From the IMG/VR virus record IMGVR_UViG_3300032236_001082, positions 32,001 through 96,000 of that record: DNA of 64,000 nucleotides. One strand, 5' to 3'. Every line of letters starts with the position of its first letter. The first letter of the stretch is position 1. This document shows, in pieces, positions 7,713 through 16,889 of the stretch. The position numbers and the translations under genes are program-made. Under the pieces are notes generated by a model, which saw nothing but the letters and a program-made list of their open reading frames with translations, was not told the DNA's origin and did not search any database. Source of the DNA: a virus.

Positions 7713-8098
7713 TGGGAGCCCGAGTTAACTTTGTATTTAAGACAGAATTAGATAAGCCTAACATTGTGCTATATAGCCACTGGGGTGAAACTACGTGGCG
7801 TGAGGATTTGGCTATGGCTATTGCTAAGTCACAATCCCGCCTCAAATTGGGTGATACCTCATATGCCACCCGCATTATCATGTCACAGTTGATTGGATCA
7901 GATTGGGATTCAGAGACGGGATATGGAATTCACCTAGCAACAGATGAAGAACTAAATGAAGGTATGTTTGACTTTTGGGTAGAGATTGATATGACTACTC
8001 AAATGGTTAATGATTCAGGGCATTGGCATTCATTTGAATCATTCAGGGAATATCACCTTGAAGAGATGACAGCCAACCATTCATTTGACAGCATTTAA
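7712..8098 (+). CDS. Hypothetical phage protein (MGAR...YSHWG type)
   Basis: ORF track; GGAG RBS. Confidence 0.75.
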   Translation: MGARVNFVFKTELDKPNIVLYSHWGETTWREDLAMAIAKSQSRLKLGDTSYATRIIMSQLIGSDWDSETGYGIHLATDEELNEGMFDFWVEIDMTTQMVNDSGHWHSFESFREYHLEEMTANHSFDSI

Positions 8099-8120
8099 TA
8101 TGCAATGGTATAATAATAAA

Positions 8121-8200
8121 ACGAGATAGGGCGTTCAGGCTTTCTGCCAAGTCCATTATAAGACCCCTTGGGATTCGGGACCCAGGGGGTCTTTTCTTTT
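8121..8200 (+). ncRNA. Candidate ~80-nt small RNA
   Basis: TTGACA-18-TATAAT (8085-8114), no ORF, terminator 8160-8200. Confidence 0.5.
8160..8200 (+). terminator. Intrinsic terminator
   Basis: AAGACCCCTTGGG...CCCAGGGGGTCTT + T-run. Confidence 0.85.
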
Positions 8201-8519
8201 GTCCACATATGTCCGTTATGTCCTATTTCGCGCGTATATATTTATTTTGGTAAGGATTACGAAGGGGGTCAAAAATCTCCACGACTTTTTGGGCGGGACA
8301 TTACGATGGCAGCTTAAAATCTCCAAACAAGTACTGGTATAAACACCTATATAAAATAGATCAATAATCAAACAAAACATATATAAAACTAAAGAAACAT
8401 AATCACAATTGGACAATATGGTAGACATTCTGTCTATTTTTGTCCATATTTGTGAGTGTGACCAAATATGACCATATATTGACCATATAACACTTGACAC
8501 ATATAATTTTATATGCACA

Positions 8520-8629
8520 TGTGGATATAGGCTGTGGATAACTTTATATGGATTTGACATGCATAATATTATGTGGTTTATTACATGTATCTAATATCTG
8601 TGGATAACATGTGTATAAATTGTGGATAA
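8520..8629 (-). promoter_or_regulatory. Cluster of DnaA boxes (origin-like)
   Basis: TGTGGATAA at 8533, 8599, 8621; TGTGTATAA at 8610; TGTGGATAT at 8520. Confidence 0.7.
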
Positions 8630-8640
8630 GGGTGTATATA

Positions 8641-8670
8641 TTCTCCACTATGCTCCACTATACTCCACTT
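8641..8670 (-). repeat. 3 x GTGGAG at 10-bp period (MraZ-box-like)
   Basis: aaGTGGAGtataGTGGAGcataGTGGAGaa on - strand. Confidence 0.6.
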
Positions 8671-8927
8671 TAAAAGGGTCTAGGAGCCTGTATGAGAGGT
8701 TATCTATGCGTGATTGATATAGGATATGGCGGGATTATGAACAGTCTGTGCAATAATTCTCAGCCCTAAGATGTTCTGAAACACGATATATGGCTGTACC
8801 ACAATGAGCACATCTTAATTCTATAAGGTCAGATTGCTCCAATTTAATCTTAAATGATCTGGTATAGTATAGCTTTGTTATATACCATATGGCTAGGAGT
8901 TCTAATATCATTCAATCCCCCGCCCTA

Positions 8928-9098
8928 TTACAAGTCTTCTTTATCAATATCTTCTTCCAGATCCAGATCATATTCCCACATAGTTCCCCATCGAATATGT
9001 GGCTTTAGGAATATAGCAGATATTCTCCCGCAAATATTACCTATTATATTTAAGATCGGATTGTCCGATCCTTGTACTTTGTTCCAGTTTTCGCTCAT
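8928..9098 (-). CDS. Small hypothetical protein (56 aa)
   Basis: Hand-translated MSENWNKVQGSDNP...EEDIDKEDL. Confidence 0.45.
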   Translation of the reverse strand: MSENWNKVQGSDNPILNIIGNICGRISAIFLKPHIRWGTMWEYDLDLEEDIDKEDL

Positions 9099-9145
9099 TT
9101 TTGTGCCCCAATACGGCTTATAATTACAACTGATATAATTGTACC

Positions 9146-10210
9146 ATGACTGTAATTATACCGTTTGGTGCCAACTGCGTACCTGCTAACATATTAAAAA
9201 ATCAGAAGAATCTGAGGAATGCTCATCTACCCTTTGACTGGGTATTTGCCTATCCAGAGTATATTAAGAAAGCTTTAGATACAGACTTTGATGGTTGGTT
9301 GGACCCACAGTATATGACTCGTATAGATGATAATGCTGCAGGATATAGTACCAAACATTCCCTCTACCCGCTTAAACCTGAAAATGAACAGGGTGGACTA
9401 TCTGGTTTCTTTGAGCACTTTGATATGACTGACCCAGATAACCGTGAGAAATATGCCAGAGCAATAACTAGATTTAAGAATCTAATCCAGTCAGATGAGC
9501 ACTTGGTATTCTTCACAACAATAGATTATGAGACCCTACAGCAGTATGGGTTGGTTGATTATTTTAATAGAAACAATACGGAATTCTTGATTTTAAAGCA
9601 TATAGAATCAAATGATAATGTCATTGGATTTGAAGATAGAGGTACCCATTGTGTTATATATCAGCATACACCTAGTTGGAATGAAGAATGGGAATGGATC
9701 AGAAATATAATCAGAGATAGATATAACCTGAAGCCAGGAACATTGTTTCACTTTGTAGATGCTTGTATTAATAATAATTTAGAATACGCTGTGTATCGCA
9801 ACTGGCATCAGCCAACTCCTACTTGGGCAGAGTTTGAGAACTTATACAACACAGTTAGACAGTCTGGTCGTATATCAATTAAAGGATTAGATATAACACC
9901 AGAGATGGAATTCTTTAAAAAGGCTGCAATTGAAGTTTATCCAGAAATAGAGTATGAGTTGTTTGCTATGGAAGCTGAGTCATTTCGTAATTTAGATCCC
10001 GCCAATTCTGGTACCTATCAGCATACAGACCCGCATGATGTAATTCACTGGCAGTGCCGTGGTGCTTCGGAGTGGTTTATGGGAGAAGAGATGCAATCAT
10101 TTATATTAGAACCAGGAGATTTGATCTGGTTTAAGGCAGGAACAAAGCATAAAATTGAAAATATAACAGAAAAATATGCACTGATATTTAATTGTGGATT
10201 GCTGCCTTAA
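9146..10210 (+). CDS. DUF1796 (papain-like) domain fused to JmjC/cupin domain
   Basis: FGxNC...LR...PFDW N-term; HTD..DVIHWQCxG...LEPGD...H C-term. Confidence 0.7.
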   Translation: MTVIIPFGANCVPANILKNQKNLRNAHLPFDWVFAYPEYIKKALDTDFDGWLDPQYMTRIDDNAAGYSTKHSLYPLKPENEQGGLSGFFEHFDMTDPDNREKYARAITRFKNLIQSDEHLVFFTTIDYETLQQYGLVDYFNRNNTEFLILKHIESNDNVIGFEDRGTHCVIYQHTPSWNEEWEWIRNIIRDRYNLKPGTLFHFVDACINNNLEYAVYRNWHQPTPTWAEFENLYNTVRQSGRISIKGLDITPEMEFFKKAAIEVYPEIEYELFAMEAESFRNLDPANSGTYQHTDPHDVIHWQCRGASEWFMGEEMQSFILEPGDLIWFKAGTKHKIENITEKYALIFNCGLLP

Positions 10211-10464
10211 TCAGCAGCATAATTAGATAGATGTACTAGGCATACTGATAGCTCTTTGCCATCTTTCCATTCATTATATAACCCTGCTCTATAGCAATAG
10301 TGGCATTTGTAATTATTAAATATATCTTTAATTGATATCATCTTTGCCCTCCCGCTTTCTTAAATATCTTTGTATATAACGCTTTAGCCCCGCACGTCGC
10401 CCACTTACCTCATAAAATGCATGAATCAATGGATCGTGGTTTACCACGTGTCCTTCATTTTCGC

Positions 10465-10686
10465 TCATTTATCGCCAAAGTCGTTCTTATGTTCGTATTG
10501 CAATGGTGTTAGTTTCATTATTTCTTCTTTTAGCCGTTTGTTCTCAAGCTGTAGGTATGTGTAATGGAGTTGATTACCACTTAAAGCATCTGGAGTTTTG
10601 TCCTTCAGCTTCTCTTCATAATAATGAATCGCTGCCACAATAAACAAAGTCAAGAAAGCACAATAAACTAATAATACTGACTGCAT
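10465..10686 (-). CDS. Membrane-anchored hypothetical protein
   Basis: N-terminal hydrophobic segment. Confidence 0.55.
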   Translation of the reverse strand: MQSVLLVYCAFLTLFIVAAIHYYEEKLKDKTPDALSGNQLHYTYLQLENKRLKEEIMKLTPLQYEHKNDFGDK

Positions 10687-10931
10687 TACCAAACCTCATC
10701 AACATTAAACTCAGGCTTAGGATTATCCCTTTCGTACATAATACCTTTAAGGTATACGCAAAGGTCCAAAGCTTCCTCGTAAGCGTCCTGTAGCATGTCT
10801 CTGCCGTTGTATGCCTGCAAGCCAGTGCCATACCGCTCTATGCCCAATTCAAGGCGTTTTGCCATATCTTCTATGACCATCTTCTGCAAGATCGGATTGC
10901 CGTTTATAGTTGGAATTGGTTGCTCTGTCAT
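10686..10931 (-). CDS. MazG-like nucleotide pyrophosphohydrolase-type protein
   Basis: G..RYG....N.RD.LQDAYEEALD..VYL motif. Confidence 0.6.
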   Translation of the reverse strand: MTEQPIPTINGNPILQKMVIEDMAKRLELGIERYGTGLQAYNGRDMLQDAYEEALDLCVYLKGIMYERDNPKPEFNVDEVW

Positions 10932-11890
10932 ATATTTAATTCTTTTCTAGTCTTGATTACGCAAGCAATTTGTGACTCTACCACCTGTGAGTATTTTGGT
11001 GAATCTAAGTCAATTGAATCTAATGAATCAAATATAACTGGCATAACCCTATCTAGTGAATACTTTTTACGGTCTTCATCTAATGCCTTTTGGAAATCTT
11101 CTGGACTTAAAGCTTCCATCTTTTCGTAATATTCTTTTGGATGTGGGGCAGATAAGAACTGTCTGATATAGAACTTAGACTTATCTCCTGATAGTTTTCC
11201 TACGCCATGGTAGTAATCTGTGGGGAAGATCATTCCGTCTCCCGCCTCCATCTTGTATGAGAAGTAATCCTCAATTAGCCAAGCTTCTTTTTCTTTTCCA
11301 GAATAAGTGTCAATGTACTTTGCCTTCTCAACGCCTTCGTGAGTAAAGAATATAATCTCTCCACCCTCGTAATCATCATTTACATAAATATTAAAGTTGA
11401 ATATGTGGCTAGAACCGCCCCACCAATGCATTACATCTTGGTGAATCTTCATCTGATAGTCTGAATCAGCATTTAAAGATGTTTCAAATATAGGCATATC
11501 TGCCATGCTGTGGGTGAAATTACCAGCAGCCAATCTTGCTTCTAATTCTTCAAGGCTAGTAGGAAAGTCTGAACTCCAGTTGTATTTATCAAAATAGCTT
11601 TGATCCAAGAACTTATTTTTATATACCTTTAGAACGTTAAAGAATATATCCAAACACTCTTTTTGCAAATCCGCTCCCGCAGAATCACTGTCTTTATAAG
11701 ACTTATCCTCATTTGGATACATCTTTGAATAATTACCCCAAGGCAACCATGTAGTCCAAGTATCTTTATTTGCATATGGATCATCTCCAGTTTTTGAATC
11801 TAGGATGAATTGATATGTTTTCTGGGGGTCCTTGAGTACATTCTTAAACAGTACTACTCCATGACCTAAATCTATTGGGTTAAGTTCCAT
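10928..11890 (-). CDS. 2OG-Fe(II) oxygenase (P4H-like)
   Basis: HQD, YVNDDYEGGEIIF, HGV...K. Confidence 0.85.
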   Translation of the reverse strand: MELNPIDLGHGVVLFKNVLKDPQKTYQFILDSKTGDDPYANKDTWTTWLPWGNYSKMYPNEDKSYKDSDSAGADLQKECLDIFFNVLKVYKNKFLDQSYFDKYNWSSDFPTSLEELEARLAAGNFTHSMADMPIFETSLNADSDYQMKIHQDVMHWWGGSSHIFNFNIYVNDDYEGGEIIFFTHEGVEKAKYIDTYSGKEKEAWLIEDYFSYKMEAGDGMIFPTDYYHGVGKLSGDKSKFYIRQFLSAPHPKEYYEKMEALSPEDFQKALDEDRKKYSLDRVMPVIFDSLDSIDLDSPKYSQVVESQIACVIKTRKELNI

Positions 11891-11932
11891 GTCTTGCCTT
11901 TCGGTTATACAACAATTATATCATTAATTTAA

Positions 11933-12475
11933 TTACTGGGTTACTGCATAAAACAATATTAAATTAGCACGTTCGCCATAGATAACGTCTTTAACTTCAT
12001 GGGGATGATTTTCGTCTCCCTTAAAATAAATTAAAGTTCCCTTTGTAGGCTTATATGCTGTTCCGCTTTCGGGTGTGCCAGAGTTATCATCATAAAACCA
12101 GATCTCCCCGCCTTCGTAATCATCTGTAAGGTAAAGCAAAGCCGAGTAGTAGGCATCTGTGTAGCCATCAACACCACCGTATGCATCGGTATGCCAACCA
12201 AGCCCCTCACCCTTTTGCAGCACTTGATAAAGCACTCTATCTAATTTGATAGAAGCTTTTGGGAATCCAAATTGATTTGAAATAGAATCAATAGTTAAAT
12301 TAATTAAATCATGCACCACCTTGCTGTCAAGCCCTGGATTGGAGTTTAAGTGTAATGGGTTTAAAGGTACATTTAAAACGCCTCTTGGGTTTATTTCTGC
12401 TTTAGGTCTTAAGTAATTGTTTATATACTCTGCTGTTTCTTGATTTATAAAATCATCAACTATTGTTGGTTGCAT
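11933..12475 (-). CDS. 2OG-Fe(II) oxygenase (P4H-like)
   Basis: HTD, YLTDDYEGGEI, HEV...R. Confidence 0.9.
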   Translation of the reverse strand: MQPTIVDDFINQETAEYINNYLRPKAEINPRGVLNVPLNPLHLNSNPGLDSKVVHDLINLTIDSISNQFGFPKASIKLDRVLYQVLQKGEGLGWHTDAYGGVDGYTDAYYSALLYLTDDYEGGEIWFYDDNSGTPESGTAYKPTKGTLIYFKGDENHPHEVKDVIYGERANLILFYAVTQ

Positions 12476-12724
12476 CTACCATTCCTGCCCGTTGTTGGGT
12501 ACATCTTTGTTGTTGATAATTACCCATAAAGCTTTCTGAACACAAACTGCTACCCCGTCTCCAAATCTATGCTGGAAGGTAAGTTCTTTTTCCCAATGGA
12601 CATCATCTCTTGTTGTTACAGCATATTCTACCACATCATCTATTTCTTGAGGCCAATGGCGACTGCCTATTTGAAGATCCATTATTTCAGTTTCATTAAT
12701 CTTAACAGTTACATAAATTGACAT
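12476..12724 (-). CDS. Hypothetical protein
   Basis: ORF track. Confidence 0.6.
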   Translation of the reverse strand: MSIYVTVKINETEIMDLQIGSRHWPQEIDDVVEYAVTTRDDVHWEKELTFQHRFGDGVAVCVQKALWVIINNKDVPNNGQEW

Positions 12725-13413
12725 TATTTAATTGCTCCCATTACATTTGGAAAAGCTGATTTAGTTAATTCATTTACAGCTTTTGCGTACTCTTGAATTT
12801 CTACCTGTGCGTCGTGTGGCAATCTTTGATCTAAGAATGTTAGTACCCCTTGTAAACTTACTGTCCACCGCCATCTTACGTACATGCCATATGCAGGTAA
12901 AAATAACCTAGCTAATTCTGGTGCTACGTTAAAATCCATAGCAGCTTGATAAAGTGCAACGCCAGAGTTAACATACTGATTTAATTTTTCAGATAAATTT
13001 TTGCCCATATCTTCATTGACTGGTAAACCTGAACCTTGTTTAGAATTTTCTGGCTTTGAACGCCAAGCGTCTGCGTCTGGTATATAGAATTCTTCCTGCT
13101 CTGTAATATATCTGCGAGATGACTCGTTCCAACCATTTTGATCATCAATATGAGTGGATGCTACTGCGTACTTCCACCATTGACGTGCCACCATGAGTGG
13201 GGCATATACCTCAAAGGTAAGGGCAGCGTGGCGGAGTGGTGATGTATGCTCTTCCCTAATTAAAAAATTAATTAGCTTAACATCTTTGTCTGTGAACTCC
13301 GCCGATTCCTTGTCATAACTGACACGGGCTGCATTTACTATAGATAAGTCGTTACCCAAAACATCCACTAGGCGAACATATCCCTTATCTAAAACTGTGA
13401 TTTTATCAGTCAA
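12724..13413 (-). CDS. thyX: FAD-dependent thymidylate synthase
   Basis: AARVSY, HTSP, VARQ, NESSRRY, ELARLFLP, AQxEI. Confidence 0.92.
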   Translation of the reverse strand: MTDKITVLDKGYVRLVDVLGNDLSIVNAARVSYDKESAEFTDKDVKLINFLIREEHTSPLRHAALTFEVYAPLMVARQWWKYAVASTHIDDQNGWNESSRRYITEQEEFYIPDADAWRSKPENSKQGSGLPVNEDMGKNLSEKLNQYVNSGVALYQAAMDFNVAPELARLFLPAYGMYVRWRWTVSLQGVLTFLDQRLPHDAQVEIQEYAKAVNELTKSAFPNVMGAIK

Positions 13414-13660
13414 TTCTTACTCCATTAATTGTAAAATGCTGTACTGTATATCCAGCATTAATTCTCTTTAATTCTTTTCTAATCGCCCGCCACATACCCC
13501 ATTTGGTAAATGCTAGACCACCGTTTCCTTGCCTAAAATAACGCTTATGCTCATCGTTCCATTTTTCAATATGCCAGAACTTTTCATACTTTGGATATTG
13601 ACCATGACCGCCTCCTGGCTCTACTACAATACGGTATAAGGGTTTATCTTTCTTACTCAT
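13406..13660 (-). CDS. Hypothetical protein
   Basis: ORF track. Confidence 0.55.
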   Translation of the reverse strand: MSKKDKPLYRIVVEPGGGHGQYPKYEKFWHIEKWNDEHKRYFRQGNGGLAFTKWGMWRAIRKELKRINAGYTVQHFTINGVRID

Positions 13661-13902
13661 GACCAATCTCCTAAATGGCTTAAAAACTTACCACAATCAT
13701 CGCAAGTTTCATCAGAATCCCCGCATTGATCACATGTAATTCCATCCCATGATGTATTTTCATGTTTGCATAATTCTTTTTCAATAGCTTCTACAGCATC
13801 TCTAACTTTTCCCCATATTGATGAGCCATAGTTTTGATTCATATATGTGATTAATTCTTGACCAGCTTTTGTTTTAATACCTTCTAGCAGTTCGTCGCTC
13901 AT
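13657..13902 (-). CDS. Hypothetical Zn-finger protein
   Basis: CxH, CxxC, CxxC. Confidence 0.55.
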   Translation of the reverse strand: MSDELLEGIKTKAGQELITYMNQNYGSSIWGKVRDAVEAIEKELCKHENTSWDGITCDQCGDSDETCDDCGKFLSHLGDWS

Positions 13903-14486
13903 GCTAATTCCTTCTCAATGGCATTAACTGCTGCCTCAGCTATGCAAGCGATACAATTCATTTTGGTGCGTGGCGGTACTTCTTCATGTCTCATATGAGG
14001 ACATAAGCCATTCAAAATGCGAATAGATTGCTCTACCTTGCCCACTAATTCATCATGTGTCATTACTTCTTCTTTCTAGCTATATGATGATTTACATTAA
14101 TATAAGTATTGATCCATACTCCAATAGCAATCATAGCATCTAAAATATTATGAAACATTAGTAACCCCCCAAGCAATTGATAGATTTAGTGTGTCGAGTA
14201 TACTGCATCAGGTATTCAGATTTGGTAGGTGCATAAAATTCTTTTTGACACGCCCCGCAATTGCCAGACCATTCTTCTTCAAAGAAGTTGTAAGTCATAA
14301 GTTTAATTAATGGATTGGTGCTTATTGGCGGTGTCTTTTTTTGTTTCCGTATTTGTTCTCTACGTCTTGTTTGCATCTGTCTACAATCGCTTTCGTTAGT
14401 AGTTCAATACGACGGGATGCTTCAAGAGCACGGATATCATCCCAATCCATTGGATCTTCTTGCTGGTTCATACCCTATTATAGCAA

Positions 14487-15203
14487 TTATGGATATTGTT
14501 TGTCAATAGCATTAAGGATTGATTCCCTTAACTTATTTTGTTTAAATCTTTCATAGTGATCTGATAGGCGTGAAAAAGGAAATTTATAACGAGATTCTAT
14601 TGCAATACTAGAATAACTAGATAGCTCTTCATTCATTTCAAATTGAATAAAATTTATCTTTTTGTCAGTCATAAATTCAATATAAAATAATGGATCGTTT
14701 TTATTTAATTTAAATTTACCAGATTCATTCCACATTTGATACTGTGTTGGGTATGCTCTAAACCATTTGCCCACATCAAATTCTCCTGGGATTAAAGAAC
14801 AGTCGCCAGAAGTCTTATCAAAATAAGGACTTGTAAATCGTGCAACGACTGACTCATCAGCAAAGAATAAATAAAAAGACTGATAAACAAACATAGGCCC
14901 ATAACCTTTAATGTTTGGATCAACATCTTGAGATAAATTAATTACACTATTGTTTACATTAATTATTTCTTTGCTGCCATAATCATATTCGGCATCGGCT
15001 GGGCTTCGTACAATATAAACATTTTTAAATAAATCTTGAACAGCTGGACAAGAAAATAATGTTTGAGTTGTACTGTCTGGGTGCTTTGATTTGCTTAAAG
15101 TTTTAAATAAAGGTGTTGGTTCCTCAAAGGTTAGGACGGGGTTATCTTGCTCTTCCCCGTTTATTTGAACTGACCAATAAACATTTATTACATTTTTATC
15201 CAT
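14487..15203 (-). CDS. Hypothetical phage protein (CPA-motif, DUF6065-like)
   Basis: CPAVxD motif, PG.FD.GKWFR; leaderless promoter TGGTATAAT. Confidence 0.65.
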   Translation of the reverse strand: MDKNVINVYWSVQINGEEQDNPVLTFEEPTPLFKTLSKSKHPDSTTQTLFSCPAVQDLFKNVYIVRSPADAEYDYGSKEIINVNNSVINLSQDVDPNIKGYGPMFVYQSFYLFFADESVVARFTSPYFDKTSGDCSLIPGEFDVGKWFRAYPTQYQMWNESGKFKLNKNDPLFYIEFMTDKKINFIQFEMNEELSSYSSIAIESRYKFPFSRLSDHYERFKQNKLRESILNAIDKQYP

Positions 15204-15387
15204 TAATATATTATACCAAACTAGTATTTTCTATATGAACCAAAATGGTCCCGTAGGACCATTTTGGCTTATCATATTTATGAGATTCGTAGTATTTATT
15301 TATCTTTTTTAAGATTTTTATATTTACAATATAATCTCATATTGGATTGTATGAGTACAATGATGATACCTAGAGGCAGGAAGTGAA

Positions 15388-15756
15388 TCATGTTTCAGAT
15401 TCCTCCCCTTCTCCTGTGACATATTCTTTGATCTGACTTAATTCCTCATGCATATGCTGTAATAACTTTTGAGTTTCCATAGAAACTCGCAAGTCTCTGT
15501 TCATGACCTTTCGATCACGCTCAGATTCCCTGTCAGTTGCAGATAAAATTAAACCAGATAGCAAGATAGCTTCTAATGAAACTATCATTGTTAAAAGCCC
15601 AAATGGAAACGGTTCAACCTTGAACACAATCCAAGATGCAAACCAGATCACATGAAATATAAGAAACCAAGGGCTTCCTGCTACATGTGCAGACCAGTCT
15701 GCTAGTGCTTCTATGCTTTTTTCTATATGTTTTATTGCTTTTTTGATATCCATCAC
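15388..15756 (-). CDS. DUF1003 family membrane protein
   Basis: GSPWF..FH..WF..W...PFPFGLLTMIVSLEAI. Confidence 0.85.
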   Translation of the reverse strand: MMDIKKAIKHIEKSIEALADWSAHVAGSPWFLIFHVIWFASWIVFKVEPFPFGLLTMIVSLEAILLSGLILSATDRESERDRKVMNRDLRVSMETQKLLQHMHEELSQIKEYVTGEGEESET

Positions 15757-15983
15757 CTCTTTGTAAGCAGTAATGAGAGATACCGCTTACAAGATAATTA
15801 TATCATTAATTAAGTTATTTATATACTTTTAAGGCCACAAGTAATAATTAAACAAATCATTACGTATCTGTCTAATCTCATACATGTTAATTATTTCTAA
15901 CAATAAAACTAATCCTGCTATTGAAACAAAAACCCAATTAAGTTTCACTGGATCTTTATGCCAAGGTTTCTTTCTTACTGCCA

Positions 15984-16211
15984 TTACTTTAAATCAATCT
16001 TTGGAGCACTAGCAAGTTTAGCTGTATCCATTAATGAATTAATGTAATACATGTAACGTTCTACAATAAAGATTACTTCATCTAATACTTCATTAGATAT
16101 TTCTTCTGTTACGTTTTCTATCTTACCGTCAATTGCACGTTGCTCAACAACATCACGTGCTACGTTATAAACTACTTCGTTTAAATCATTTGGGCTTACT
16201 GGGATTTCCAT
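15984..16211 (-). CDS. Hypothetical protein
   Basis: ORF track. Confidence 0.6.
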   Translation of the reverse strand: MEIPVSPNDLNEVVYNVARDVVEQRAIDGKIENVTEEISNEVLDEVIFIVERYMYYINSLMDTAKLASAPKIDLK

Positions 16212-16333
16212 TTATTCCTTGTCCAATTCTTCTCTTATTTTTCTTCTTAACAGATGCAGTGTGTATGGGGCATCATGATCATTTTCTTTTAAAAAGTCAG
16301 ATATCTCTTGATATACATTCTTTTTAATAATAT

Positions 16334-16702
16334 CTACTGCTCCCAATATGCAACACCATTCTCATCACGATCATCCCAGCCTGGTCCTGTCATGCCCTCT
16401 AAGGCACCTTCTACCAAGCTTTTGATCTGCCTTGCCCTGCGTTCTTCCTTAACCATTTGAAGGGTTTCAAAGTAACCAGCCCCATCTACGATGTTATCTC
16501 TTTTAGGGCGGTTGACTTCACGACTAATCTTTAACCCAACCATACATAAAGCAACATTTTCTGGAGTTACTTCTATGCCTAAAATAGCTGACCAAATCTG
16601 TGCCGTGCGAGAAAAATCTTCAAAAGGGTGACCGTAGTTTTCTCCACGTTCGCCATGGACAATTCTCTGAGCCTCTTCTAAAATTGATTCTTTATTAGCC
16701 AT
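16334..16702 (-). CDS. DUF6378 family protein
   Basis: IL.EA..IV.G.R...YG.P...F...A.IWS...K.SR...DN.VD.AGY. Confidence 0.8.
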   Translation of the reverse strand: MANKESILEEAQRIVHGERGENYGHPFEDFSRTAQIWSAILGIEVTPENVALCMVGLKISREVNRPKRDNIVDGAGYFETLQMVKEERRARQIKSLVEGALEGMTGPGWDDRDENGVAYWEQ

Positions 16703-16889
16703 TTAAATATGCCTTTAAATATCCTTCTCCTGCATTTGGTCTTGTCTTAAGATTTAAATCTTTTCCGTATTTAAACATAAGTCTTGAAACGTAAGCTAGA
16801 TTCTCCATCTTTCTATGCTTTCTTTCTAAATTCTTTCTTGTACGTCTATGTCCTACACGCTGTGCTTTTGCACCTAAACCCTTATGCAT
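16695..16889 (-). CDS. Basic hypothetical protein
   Basis: ORF track. Confidence 0.5.
   Translation of the reverse strand: MHKGLGAKAQRVGHRRTRKNLERKHRKMENLAYVSRLMFKYGKDLNLKTRPNAGEGYLKAYLNG

Noticed and set aside
8216-9123. ORFs 8216-8560 and 8854-9123
   Set aside because: Span the motif-dense non-coding junction or are antisense to smaller plausible ORFs; unprotein-like composition.
10207-10341. Apparent frameshift in a small Zn-finger ORF
   Set aside because: On re-reading, CxxC and CxxH are in one frame.
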